From assembly GCA_965209225.1 (NCBI GenBank), contig OZ242379.1, positions 1,421,289 through 1,485,288 of the forward strand: a DNA stretch of 64,000 nucleotides, given 5' to 3'. Below, in pieces: positions 49,210-58,673 of the stretch; the stretch's first letter is position 1; each line of letters begins with the position of its first letter. A program made the position numbers and the translations under genes. The notes beneath the pieces were generated by a model. The model searched no databases. It saw nothing but the letters and a program-made list of their open reading frames with translations, and was not told the DNA's origin. Source of the stretch: Thermodesulfobacteriota bacterium (lineage in GTDB: Bacteria; Desulfobacterota_D; UBA1144; Nemesobacterales; Nemesobacteraceae).

Positions 49210-51416
49210 TCCGAGTTTCCCCCGTCCGCTTTAATCATGTTCACGTAGACTTCTCTCGGTTTGCCGGCGGCCCCCTGAGGACCTATGAGACCTTCTTTTT
49301 CCATTGTCTCAACGATCCTGGCCGCGCGGTTATATCCTATCTTGAGCCTTCTCTGTATCATGGAGATGGATGCCTGTCCCGTCTCGGCTATTATGCCGAG
49401 CGCGGTTTCGTAAAGCTCGTCTTTTTCGTCTTCGCTGACTCCCGCGCTCTCATCGCCTGAGTCGTCTTTTGTTATCTCTTCTATGTAGACCGGGTCTGCC
49501 TGGGACCTTAGAAAATCCGTTACCCGTTTTCTTTCATCGTCGGATATAAGCGCGCCCTGAAGTCTCAGCAGGTTGCCCCCGCCGGATGCGAGAAAAAGCA
49601 TGTCCCCCTTTCCGAGCAGGGTCTCCGCTCCCCCGGTGTCAAGTATGATTCTTGAATCCACTTTTGAAGATACGAGAAAGGATATGCGCGCCGGGAAGTT
49701 AGCCTTTATGAGTCCCGCCACCACGTCCGCCGAGGGGCGCTGGGTTGAGACTATTATATGAATTCCCGCCGCCCTGGCTTTCTGCGCGAGCCTTATTATC
49801 GATTCCTTGACGTCGCTCGGGGAGACCATCATCAGGTCGGCGAGCTCGTCTATGATAACAACTATGTAGGGAAGCCACCTGAGCTGTTTTTCCTCGATTT
49901 CAAGCGCTTCAAGCTTCCTGTTATAGCTGTCTATGTCCCTTACCCCTTCTTCTGAGAGCATCCTGTATCTGGAATCCATTTCCCCGACCAGCCACTTAAG
50001 GGCGGCCACGGCTTTTTTCGATTCGGTTACCACGGGGTGGATCAGGTGGGGAATGTCTTCGTATATGGAGAGTTCAAGCATTTTCGGGTCTATCATTATC
50101 ATCTTGAGCTCATAAGGGGTCGCCCTGTAGAGCAGGCTTGTGATCGCGGCGTTCAGCAGCACGCTTTTGCCCGAGCCCGTGGTTCCGGCGATCATGAGGT
50201 GCGGGGCGGTCTGAAGGTCCATGTAGCGCGGTTTTCCGGATATGTCTTTTCCGAGCGCGACGGTGAGCATCGATTTTTTCTCCGCAAACGAGCTGCTCTC
50301 GAAAAGTTCCCGCAGCACCACTGTCTCCCTGCTTTCATTGGGAACCTCTATTCCGACCACGTCCTTTCCCGGTATGGGGGCGATGATTCTTATGCTGAGC
50401 GCCTTAAGACCCATTGCAAGGTCTCCTTCAAGGGACGATATCTTGTTTATCTTTATCCCCGGGGCGGGCTTGTACTCAAACATCGTGATAACCGGGCCGG
50501 GGCGTATTTCCATGACCTTTCCGGTCACTCCGAAGTCCGCGAGCTTTTCCTCGATCAAGGTGGCCTTGCTGTACATGGATTCCTTGTCTATCTCCACCGC
50601 CGTGCCGATTTTCGGGTCAAGCAGATCAATTGCGGGCAAAGAGAAGTCAAGCCACCTGCTCTCGGGCGCCGTGGGAGCCGGTTCGGTTTCACTGTCGGGG
50701 GCGGGAGGAGTGAAGACAATCTGCGGTTCCGCCTCGGCCTCTACGTCGGGTTTCCTGCTTTGTCGCGCGTCAGCGGTTTTCGCCGGGCCGGGGGCCGGCT
50801 TCGGTGAGTGCCGTTTCTTTTTTCGCCGGGCTTTTCTCCGCGCTGCGACGCTTCCCAGCGCGCCTGCGAGCGCGGAAATCCCTTTGAGGGCGCCTGAAAG
50901 CAGCAGGCGGATAATTTTCACTGCTGTGGAGATCTTTGTTTCCGTCGTCATTATCACGGAGATGAATATGACGATTATGGCGATAATGTACGTTCCGAAG
51001 TTCCCAAGGATGTTCCGCGCCAGTTCCCCTGAGATCGCAAGACCCAGCCATCCCCCTGCCGGCGAGTAGCCAAGAAGGGGGCTTTTTCCGTAAACAAGCC
51101 CGAGCAGCGTGGTCGCGGAGAGAAGGAAAACAATCGTAGAGACAAGCTTCCAGTATATCTTCCGGGCGGGCCGTTTCCTGAGAATCACGTATGACGCGTA
51201 GAACATAAGCGCGGGAAACACGAAGGAAAGAGTGCCGAAGGAACCTCCAAGGGAGTGCGACACGTAAGAGCCGGCGTTTCCCATAGCGCCTTTCACGTCA
51301 ATTTCAAGAAGGTTGCTGAAGGCCAGAAGACTTACGAAGGTGAATACGCCGAGGGCGAAGAAAAAGACCGCCATCACGTCTACGAATACGCCTTGAGTGT
51401 CCTTGCCTTTCTCCAT
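49206..51416 (-). CDS. ftsK: DNA translocase FtsK
   Basis: N-terminal TM segments, a Pro/Ala-rich linker, a RecA-like motor (GTTGSGKS) and a C-terminal gamma wHTH. Confidence 0.88.
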   Translation of the reverse strand: MEKGKDTQGVFVDVMAVFFFALGVFTFVSLLAFSNLLEIDVKGAMGNAGSYVSHSLGGSFGTLSFVFPALMFYASYVILRKRPARKIYWKLVSTIVFLLSATTLLGLVYGKSPLLGYSPAGGWLGLAISGELARNILGNFGTYIIAIIVIFISVIMTTETKISTAVKIIRLLLSGALKGISALAGALGSVAARRKARRKKKRHSPKPAPGPAKTADARQSRKPDVEAEAEPQIVFTPPAPDSETEPAPTAPESRWLDFSLPAIDLLDPKIGTAVEIDKESMYSKATLIEEKLADFGVTGKVMEIRPGPVITMFEYKPAPGIKINKISSLEGDLAMGLKALSIRIIAPIPGKDVVGIEVPNESRETVVLRELFESSSFAEKKSMLTVALGKDISGKPRYMDLQTAPHLMIAGTTGSGKSVLLNAAITSLLYRATPYELKMIMIDPKMLELSIYEDIPHLIHPVVTESKKAVAALKWLVGEMDSRYRMLSEEGVRDIDSYNRKLEALEIEEKQLRWLPYIVVIIDELADLMMVSPSDVKESIIRLAQKARAAGIHIIVSTQRPSADVVAGLIKANFPARISFLVSSKVDSRIILDTGGAETLLGKGDMLFLASGGGNLLRLQGALISDDERKRVTDFLRSQADPVYIEEITKDDSGDESAGVSEDEKDELYETALGIIAETGQASISMIQRRLKIGYNRAARIVETMEKEGLIGPQGAAGKPREVYVNMIKADGGNSD

Positions 51417-51468
51417 TTTCTGAAATAAAAATCCTCCGCGCCCGGGCGAAAGAAAAACCCCCTGCAGT

Positions 51469-52926
51469 CTAAAACGCGATCGCGGCGAGAAGAGTCGTTG
51501 AGGCCTGAGCCGCCAGATCCCATGACAACAAAGGAAATATACCGAAAAAAACCGTTACTGCGGTAAGCACCGCGATTGTGGCCCCCGAAAGCGGTTTGTT
51601 TGCGCCTGCTCCGTAACTGTCTTCCCTCATAAACGCGTAGACGAGCACCTTGAGGTAGTAGTACGCCGAGATTACGCTTGTTATTATTCCTATTACCGCA
51701 AGCGGCGTCAGGTTGGCGTCGACCGCGGCTAAAAACACCCTGTATTTTGCGAAAAACCCTATAGTCGGCGGGATTCCCGCAAGCGAGAACATAAATACTC
51801 CAAGTGCGAGCGATGCCGCCGGTTTTCTGCTCCATAGTCCCGATATCCTCTCGAAAGTGTCACAGTCGTCCCCCTCCCTGCTCGCGTAGGCGAGGATTCC
51901 GAAAGCTCCGAGGTTCATAAAAGTGTAGGCAAACAGATAATAAAGAACGCTCCCGCTTCCGACAGAAGAGTCCGAGAGGACTGCCGCTACCCCGACGAGG
52001 GCGTATCCGGCGTGCGCCACGCTTGAGTAGGCAAGCATCCTCTTCACGCTTTTCTGATATATGGCGGCTATATTCCCCACTACCATGGTCGCCACCGCCG
52101 CAATCTGCACCGCGGCCGTCATGTAGCCCTCAAATCCCGGAGCGGAGCTGAGAAATATTCTCAGCAGCAGCACGAAAGCCGCCGCTTTTACCGCAACGGA
52201 CATGTATCCCGTAACGGTGAGAGGAGCGCCGTCGTAGATGTCGGGCACCCACTGGTGAAGCGGCACGGCTCCTATCTTGAAAATAACTCCCACCGCCACA
52301 AAGGCGGCTCCGCAGACATACATCGGGAGATTTCCCGGGCTTTTCAGGATTTCCTCAAGAAAAGTGGAACCGGTAGCCCCGTAGAGAAGGGCGATTCCGA
52401 AAAGCAGCACCGCGGAAGAGAAGCCCCCCAGGACGAGGTATTTCACGCCTGATTCCGTCGAGTCGAGGGATTTGCTTCTGAACCCCGAGAGTATGTAGAC
52501 GGCGATTGACATGATTTCGAATCCCACGAAAAGCGTCATGAGTTCGACCGAAGAGGCGAGAACCATCATCCCGCTTGTGCAGAAAAGCACAAGCGCATAA
52601 AACTCCTCAAGCCATTGGGTACGACCCTCTAGGTGATCTTTTGAAAAAAGAATAGTCGCAAGCGCCGCCAGGAGAAAAAGCGAGTTGAAATAGGCGGAAA
52701 AGGAATCGATTACCAATGCGCCGGAAAACGCGGAACTTTCGCCGGAAAACCTGGAGAAGTTAAGAACGAGGGAGAGTACGGTTCCCGAGATTGCGAGGAG
52801 AAAAAGCGACCCCTTCCATCTTTTTTTGAGAATCGGGGTGAAGATCAGTATGAGCACGGCGGCGAGTATGAGTATGCACTCGGGAAGGATAGCCAGAGTG
52901 CTTTCAAACAGAACCTGCATATTCAT
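51469..52926 (-). CDS. nuoN: NADH-quinone oxidoreductase antiporter-like subunit (NuoN-type)
   Basis: 485 aa, about 14 TM segments, ND2/NuoN-like. Confidence 0.75.
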   Translation of the reverse strand: MNMQVLFESTLAILPECILILAAVLILIFTPILKKRWKGSLFLLAISGTVLSLVLNFSRFSGESSAFSGALVIDSFSAYFNSLFLLAALATILFSKDHLEGRTQWLEEFYALVLFCTSGMMVLASSVELMTLFVGFEIMSIAVYILSGFRSKSLDSTESGVKYLVLGGFSSAVLLFGIALLYGATGSTFLEEILKSPGNLPMYVCGAAFVAVGVIFKIGAVPLHQWVPDIYDGAPLTVTGYMSVAVKAAAFVLLLRIFLSSAPGFEGYMTAAVQIAAVATMVVGNIAAIYQKSVKRMLAYSSVAHAGYALVGVAAVLSDSSVGSGSVLYYLFAYTFMNLGAFGILAYASREGDDCDTFERISGLWSRKPAASLALGVFMFSLAGIPPTIGFFAKYRVFLAAVDANLTPLAVIGIITSVISAYYYLKVLVYAFMREDSYGAGANKPLSGATIAVLTAVTVFFGIFPLLSWDLAAQASTTLLAAIAF

Positions 52927-52986
52927 AGTCGCGTCACTCCCGGCATGTACAGCCTTCTGCGGGTCTCGGTTGTCTTTCTCATTACA

Positions 52987-53454
52987 TCACTCGGGATCTT
53001 TGACTACTTCGAATTTTTTTTCTTCAAACTGAAAATCCTGCTCGTTGATGTACCATATTCTCGCGTCGGCGAGCTTCCCGCGACTTACCGAGAAAATTAT
53101 ATACGCCCATCCGGGTGATGCCACCTGTCTGTCGGTCTCAGAAGGTGCTGAAGGGTGGTCCGGATGCGAGTGGTATATGCCGAGAATCTCAAGACCGTTT
53201 TCCCTCGCCCACGAATCCGCCTCTATGTAGGAACGCGGATCAAGCTCAAAGCGATCCCTTAACCGTCCGCTGTCAATCTCTGCTGTTTCCTTAAACGCCG
53301 TTTCAGATTCGTCGTCAGCGACCAGATTGGCGCATTTGCGAAAGTGAGTGACGGTATCTCCTTTCCCGATCATCACTCCGCATACCTCGTAAGGGTAACC
53401 GGATTCGGCGTCCCGTGTCATGCCCAGATAGGCCGATCTGTATATCTTCACCAC
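52987..53454 (-). CDS. JAMM/MPN+ metalloprotease (Mec-like)
   Basis: E...HSHPDHPSAPSETD JAMM motif. Confidence 0.75.
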   Translation of the reverse strand: MVKIYRSAYLGMTRDAESGYPYEVCGVMIGKGDTVTHFRKCANLVADDESETAFKETAEIDSGRLRDRFELDPRSYIEADSWARENGLEILGIYHSHPDHPSAPSETDRQVASPGWAYIIFSVSRGKLADARIWYINEQDFQFEEKKFEVVKDPE

Positions 53455-54389
53455 CAGAGTCCTTCGCTCAGGTACCTTCTGCCCGAGTCGGGAAGAGTCG
53501 TAACAAGTACCCCTTCCTTCAGTTTTTTCGCGTACTCAAGCGTTACGCAGACTGCGGCTCCTCCCGAATGACCCACGAATATCCCCTCGGTATCCATCAG
53601 CCGCTCCATCATCTCATACGCTTTCTCAGTTGAGATAAAAACGACTTCGTCAGCCGCCCCCTCGTCGTATATGCCTGGAACTATTGAAGTTGGCATATGC
53701 TTCATGCCTTCAAGCCCGTGAAGACTTTCTGCGGGCTGGATCGCGATTGTCTTTATGTCGGGGTTGTATTCCTTAAGTCTCCTCCCGGTTCCCATGAAGG
53801 TTCCCGATGTGCCGAGTCCCGCGAGAAAATGGGTCACTTTGCCGTTTGTCTGCTCCCAGATCTCGGGCGCGGTCGTTTCGTAGTGAGCCAGGAGGTTGTT
53901 GATGTTGTTGTACTGGTCCGGCATGAAGTATTTCTCAGGATTATCCGCTTTCAGTCTGTGAGCCATTCTTATCGCTCCGTCGGAACCCTCAAGAGGGCTT
54001 GAGAAGGTTATCTTCGCTCCGTAAGCTTCGATCGCTTTTTTTCTCTCGGTGTTTACATTCTCGGGCGTTACGATTTCAACCTCGTACCCGAGTGCGGCTC
54101 CGAGCATCGCGTACGCAATCGCTGTATTCCCGGAGGATGAGTCCATAATGACCTTGTCTTTTGTGAGTTCGCCGGAGCGTATAGCTTCAAGGATCATCCT
54201 GCGGGCGGGACGGTCTTTTATCGAACCACCTGGATTGAACCACTCGGCCTTTGCGTAAATGCTGACTCCAGGAGAGCATTGCTTAGACATCTCGGAGAGT
54301 TCCAAAAGAGGGGTGTTGCCTATAAGGTCAACCACCGATTCGACTCTTGAACCTCCGGCGGCGGAGGTTCCGGCTTCGGATCTAGACAT
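53448..54389 (-). CDS. cysM: Cysteine synthase (CysM/CysK, PLP-dependent)
   Basis: SIKDR PLP-lysine motif, GTSGT loop; 313 aa. Confidence 0.8.
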   Translation of the reverse strand: MSRSEAGTSAAGGSRVESVVDLIGNTPLLELSEMSKQCSPGVSIYAKAEWFNPGGSIKDRPARRMILEAIRSGELTKDKVIMDSSSGNTAIAYAMLGAALGYEVEIVTPENVNTERKKAIEAYGAKITFSSPLEGSDGAIRMAHRLKADNPEKYFMPDQYNNINNLLAHYETTAPEIWEQTNGKVTHFLAGLGTSGTFMGTGRRLKEYNPDIKTIAIQPAESLHGLEGMKHMPTSIVPGIYDEGAADEVVFISTEKAYEMMERLMDTEGIFVGHSGGAAVCVTLEYAKKLKEGVLVTTLPDSGRRYLSEGLWW

Positions 54390-54390
54390 G

Positions 54391-54630
54391 TCAGCAGCGC
54401 TCGATGATTACCTTGTGGTAGCGGCCGTCTTCCTTCTCTATGGAGAGGACCCTGTGACCTTCCTGCTCCACGCTTCTCGGGAGATTGGAGAGAGGTTCTC
54501 CTTCGCAGAGCCTTACTTCAAGGACTTCCCCGCGCTTCATCTGCTCAAGCTTGAGCTTGGTTTTGACGAATGTCATCGGACAGATGTAGTCAGTTATGTC
54601 TATTTTTTCCTTGCTCTGCGTGTTGTCCAT
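54391..54630 (-). CDS. TusA-like sulfur-carrier protein
   Basis: 79 aa with CPMT...GEVLEV. The conserved Cys sits near residue 17, as in TusA/SirA. There is no C-terminal GG. Confidence 0.6.
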   Translation of the reverse strand: MDNTQSKEKIDITDYICPMTFVKTKLKLEQMKRGEVLEVRLCEGEPLSNLPRSVEQEGHRVLSIEKEDGRYHKVIIERC

Positions 54631-54719
54631 TCTAAAACCTCTTACGCGCGATTTCCCGTTAAGACTAACACAGTCTGTGTTTTACTCAACATGAGTCTGC
54701 GGAAACTTCGGGAAGATGG

Positions 54720-55316
54720 CTACAAGCTTCGCAATCGCCGAAGCAGTGCCGCGGCATGTGGACATGCTGCCTCGACGAGCGACGGATTTACCTTGGCGAG
54801 CACTTCAAAAGAGGTTTTGCCCTTGGAATAGGATTTTCTGCATTTCGAGGTGGCTTTTCCAAGTGTCCCATGGACAGTTTCTTTCAATACCTGTTCTAAA
54901 TGAGGCCACTGCTTGACAACATTACTGTCGAATTGTGTGCCGAAAAAGGACTGCAGTGCGTTCTGGTCGGCGAGAAACCAGGTTTCCATACACTGAACCA
55001 TAAGGAATGCCTGATTATCCTGCGCGTGTTCGGGACGATACCAGTTGTCGTTTTTTAGAAGGTGTTTCCAGGCTGAGCTTCCCTCATCAACCGGAGATTC
55101 GCTGTCGACCAGGAGCATGGGGATCATTCTGGAGGAAACTTCCTCAGTTGCTCTTTTGAATTTCCGGAAAGTCTGTTCGCGTCCTCCTCCGTGCACAATT
55201 TTAATGTTGTGAACTTCGGCCGCTTCAAAGAATTTTCGCCAGCCTTGGCGAAAAGATATTCCAAGAGCTTTGGATTTGGTTCCTCCACCCTCAATATAGA
55301 TCTTCGCTCCTACCAC
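54720..55316 (-). CDS. DUF4276-like (TOPRIM/OLD-related) protein
   Basis: 198 aa with a KIYIEGGG N-terminus. It is encoded immediately downstream of, and overlapping, an ABC-type ATPase gene. Confidence 0.45.
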   Translation of the reverse strand: MVGAKIYIEGGGTKSKALGISFRQGWRKFFEAAEVHNIKIVHGGGREQTFRKFKRATEEVSSRMIPMLLVDSESPVDEGSSAWKHLLKNDNWYRPEHAQDNQAFLMVQCMETWFLADQNALQSFFGTQFDSNVVKQWPHLEQVLKETVHGTLGKATSKCRKSYSKGKTSFEVLAKVNPSLVEAACPHAAALLRRLRSL

Positions 55317-56548
55317 CTGTTACCGCCCAATTCCCCTGAAGTCCACAGGTGCCCTAGGCGATACTCTTCAAGCCATTTCGCAGTATCTTCTCTGTCAAGA
55401 CGTCGCATCTCTGTCTGTCCGTTATGTTTTTCGCAGATTACTACGCTCTGCGGATTGTCGTTGAGGGCGTCAACTAACACATCGGAGTGGGTAGTTACAA
55501 TCAACTGTGTATGGTCCGAGGCTTTTACCAGCAGGTCGCTTAACGTTGGAAGCAAATCAGGGTGAATGCCCAGCTCAGGTTCCTCAATCACCAGAAGAGG
55601 CGGTGGGTCCGGGTGCAGCAGGATGCTCAGGAGACACAGGTAACGTAATGTTCCATCTGACAAACGCGTAATAGGGATCAGGCGGTTATTACTTTCCTCC
55701 AAGTGAAGTGTCATTGACCCCCCAGCAACGGAGCACTCAATGCCGATAATGCCATCAAAAAGCTTGCACAGTTCCACAAGCAGTTCTCTCTTCGCCTCTC
55801 CATGAAAATTCGAGAGGACAAGAGGCAGGTTAGCGCCTCCATCATCAAGAAAGTCGGCGCGATCATGTGTGCTCTGACTCCTTCGCAGTTCAGACGAGGG
55901 TCCAAACGACCAGTTTCTGTAAAGACGGATTTTACTGTACTGCTCCTTCAGATGCCAGAGTCCCGGATAATCGGGGGTGGCCATATAAGACAGCAACGAC
56001 TGTTCCGGATGAAGTTCGTCTGCGAAATTCACTGTGCCGTCGCGGTAAACGGCGAACAGCTTGGGAGTTGTCCATTCACCATTTTTCTTTCCTGAATCCC
56101 CTTGCTCAGCTTCCGCATTGGTTCTTGAAATTTCGAGAGATATCTGTTCATCCCTGGGAGGACGATAGTAGGAGAATGCCTCACGTTCGTTGCTGTGGGT
56201 CTGGCAAGGTTCAACTTGCTCACTGATTACTTTTGGTTGACCATTTCTCTGCGCCATTGTTAGTTTATGTCGTAGCGGGCCACTTGGCGGATAGTCAACC
56301 CAGGCCTCTATGGAGAAGGAATCAGGCGCTTTGGGGCCTTTCCATATCCATTCCCCGGCCCCACCCATGCGGGATATTGGTTCTGAAACACCTCTTGGCG
56401 CCGCTCTCAGCAGGGCTACTGCCTCAAGAAAATTTGATTTCCCCGACCCGTTTGTGCCTATAAGAACATTCAGTGGTTCCATGGGCAGATCAACACCATC
56501 GGGACCAAATGATAAAAAGCCTGAGATTTTCAGCTTTTCAATCAGCAT
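55310..56548 (-). CDS. AAA_15/AAA_21-type (OLD/ABC-like) ATPase
   Basis: Walker A GTNGSGKSNFLEA, Walker B/D-loop LLVIEEPELGIHPDL and a C-terminal TTHSD motif. Confidence 0.7.
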   Translation of the reverse strand: MLIEKLKISGFLSFGPDGVDLPMEPLNVLIGTNGSGKSNFLEAVALLRAAPRGVSEPISRMGGAGEWIWKGPKAPDSFSIEAWVDYPPSGPLRHKLTMAQRNGQPKVISEQVEPCQTHSNEREAFSYYRPPRDEQISLEISRTNAEAEQGDSGKKNGEWTTPKLFAVYRDGTVNFADELHPEQSLLSYMATPDYPGLWHLKEQYSKIRLYRNWSFGPSSELRRSQSTHDRADFLDDGGANLPLVLSNFHGEAKRELLVELCKLFDGIIGIECSVAGGSMTLHLEESNNRLIPITRLSDGTLRYLCLLSILLHPDPPPLLVIEEPELGIHPDLLPTLSDLLVKASDHTQLIVTTHSDVLVDALNDNPQSVVICEKHNGQTEMRRLDREDTAKWLEEYRLGHLWTSGELGGNRW

Positions 56549-56742
56549 ACTTATATTTCCCGCTGCGGATGTGCAGAACGGAGTCTGGCTTCAGTTAAAG
56601 TAAAACCATTTTTCCAGCTATTACCGTTAAAAAGATTATACCAGCATAGAGGGTGTTGGCGAACTCAATGCTCAATCTCATAAGGGATTCCGGTTTTTAT
56701 CCGGAAGTTCTACACTGCAAGAACTCAACTTACCTCAAAGAG

Positions 56743-57519
56743 TCAATCAATATCCCAATCAGGACGTCGCCGAGGGATAGGACGAAGGTCAGATTCGCTG
56801 CCTTTAAGCTCGGCAAGCCGCCGAGCGCTCTCCCTCGCTTTTCGTGATTTTATCCAGAACACGGCGCTCTCGAACATTTTCCTGCCGTCCTCGGAACCGA
56901 ACACTCTTTCAGAGGACCGCTCAGGGTGGGGCATCATCCCGAGTACATTGCCCCGGGCATTTGCCACGCCCGCTATTGCATCCTGAGCCCCGCTCGGGTT
57001 TGCCGCGTCGTCGTACTCTCCATCCGGCCCGCAGTAGCGAAGAACCGTCCTCGGAGCCACCCCCGCTTCCGGCATGAAGTTTCCCTGAGCGTTTGCAACC
57101 GGCAGTTTCAGCACATCTCCCTCGCGAAGAAGGCAGGTAAAGGGCGTATCGGTATCCTCTACCCTCACACAGGTCCATCTGCAGACAAACCTCAGAGATG
57201 AATTGTGAAGGAACGCTCCGGGCAGGAGGCCCGACTCGACCAGTATCTGGAACCCGTTGCATATCCCTATTACGGGAACTCCCTCGGCGGCGAGCTGCGC
57301 AAGCGGACCCATGACCGGGGAGAAGCGTGCTATGGCCCCTGCCCGCAGGTAGTCCCCGTAGGAAAACCCGCCCGGCACGACGACGCAGTCGATTCCCTCA
57401 AGGGACGTTTCCTCGTGCCATATAAATTCGCAGGGCTGGCCCAGAATTTCCTTTATGACGTGACAGCAGTCGTCCTCGCAGTTAGAACCGGGAAAGAAGA
57501 GAACTCCGAAATTAGGCAT
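56743..57519 (-). CDS. purQ: Phosphoribosylformylglycinamidine synthase subunit PurQ
   Basis: Glutamine amidotransferase with GICNGFQ and an H/E catalytic context. Confidence 0.85.
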   Translation of the reverse strand: MPNFGVLFFPGSNCEDDCCHVIKEILGQPCEFIWHEETSLEGIDCVVVPGGFSYGDYLRAGAIARFSPVMGPLAQLAAEGVPVIGICNGFQILVESGLLPGAFLHNSSLRFVCRWTCVRVEDTDTPFTCLLREGDVLKLPVANAQGNFMPEAGVAPRTVLRYCGPDGEYDDAANPSGAQDAIAGVANARGNVLGMMPHPERSSERVFGSEDGRKMFESAVFWIKSRKARESARRLAELKGSESDLRPIPRRRPDWDID

Positions 57520-57775
57520 CCTGCTTTTCCTCTATCTCTACTGAAGAATCTTCGATTACGGGATTGGAAAGGAGTTTCCTGCACATCTCGTCCGCTTTGC
57601 GGCCTACATCTTCGGCGGATTCGCCCTCCATGGTGAGTTCCACTATTTTGCCCACCCTTGCATCTGAGACCCCGCTGAATCCGAGACCCGAAAGAGCGTT
57701 AAGCACCGCCTTGCCCTGGGGGTCCAGCACCACGGGCTTCAGCTTGACCTCTATTCTGACGGAAAACTGCTTCAT
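57512..57775 (-). CDS. purS: Phosphoribosylformylglycinamidine synthase subunit PurS
   Basis: 87 aa, VLDPQG motif; overlaps purQ. Confidence 0.8.
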   Translation of the reverse strand: MKQFSVRIEVKLKPVVLDPQGKAVLNALSGLGFSGVSDARVGKIVELTMEGESAEDVGRKADEMCRKLLSNPVIEDSSVEIEEKQDA

Positions 57776-57814
57776 CTCCTTGTTTTCCTCCTCCGGCGTG
57801 AATCCTGCGGGATA

Positions 57815-58672
57815 TTACCCGCGCTCAAGCAGCATGCCAACAATTCTCTCAAGCTCCTCGGGAGAATAGTACTCTATTTCTATTTTTCCTTTTGTCTTGT
57901 TGCGGCTTATCCTTACTCTGGTTGAGAATAAGCCGGCAAGCGTTTCAGCAAGCTCTCTGGTGAATATGTCTTCTTCCGGTTCCACCGAGACTGGGTCAGC
58001 GGGCGTTCCGGCATCTTCGCTCTTCTTTCTTACAAGCGCTTCGGCGCCCCTTACCGTAAGGTTGCTTCTGAGCACTTCGCCGAGAAGAAAGTCCATTTCT
58101 TCAAGGGATGAGGCGCCGAGAAGCGCTCTTGCGTGCCCTGCGGTTATCGCGCCCGAGACAAGCGCTTCTTTTGCTTTTCCTGAGAGCTTTAGAAGCCTCA
58201 GCTGGTTTGTGATGACGGAGCGGTTTTTCCCCGTTTTCCTAGCTATATCCTCATGTGTAAGCCCGAAGCGCTCCGCGAGCTTTTCATAAGCCTCGGCCTC
58301 TTCAATGGGATTTAAATCCTCTCTTTGTATGTTCTCTATTAACGTCAGTTCCGCCACGTCCTGGTCGGTAGCGGCTCTTATCACTACGGGCAGTTTCTCG
58401 AGCCTGGCCATTTTCGCCGCTCTCCACCTGCGTTCCCCGGCCACTATCTCGAAGCCCCCGTTTTCCTCGCGGACAACGAGGGGCTGAATGACCCCGTTTT
58501 CCCTTATGGACTCCGCAAGTTCCTCAAGAGCGTCCTGGTCAAACCGCTTTCTCGGCTGCGAAGGATTCGGCTTAAGCATATCCGTGCTTACCATCCGGTA
58601 CCCCGGGGATTCCGTTTCCAGGTTCTTCGGGATAAGGGAGTCAAGCCCTCTGCCCAGGCTTTGTCTTTTCAC
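57815..58672 (-). CDS. parB: Chromosome partitioning protein ParB
   Basis: GERRWRAAKMA box plus an HTH. Confidence 0.85.
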   Translation of the reverse strand: MKRQSLGRGLDSLIPKNLETESPGYRMVSTDMLKPNPSQPRKRFDQDALEELAESIRENGVIQPLVVREENGGFEIVAGERRWRAAKMARLEKLPVVIRAATDQDVAELTLIENIQREDLNPIEEAEAYEKLAERFGLTHEDIARKTGKNRSVITNQLRLLKLSGKAKEALVSGAITAGHARALLGASSLEEMDFLLGEVLRSNLTVRGAEALVRKKSEDAGTPADPVSVEPEEDIFTRELAETLAGLFSTRVRISRNKTKGKIEIEYYSPEELERIVGMLLERG

Positions 58673-58673
58673 T

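Noticed and set aside
51380-51835. 151-aa minus-strand ORF spanning the ftsK start and the nuoN end
   Set aside because: It overlaps two well-supported genes in the same orientation but a different frame. It is probably not real.
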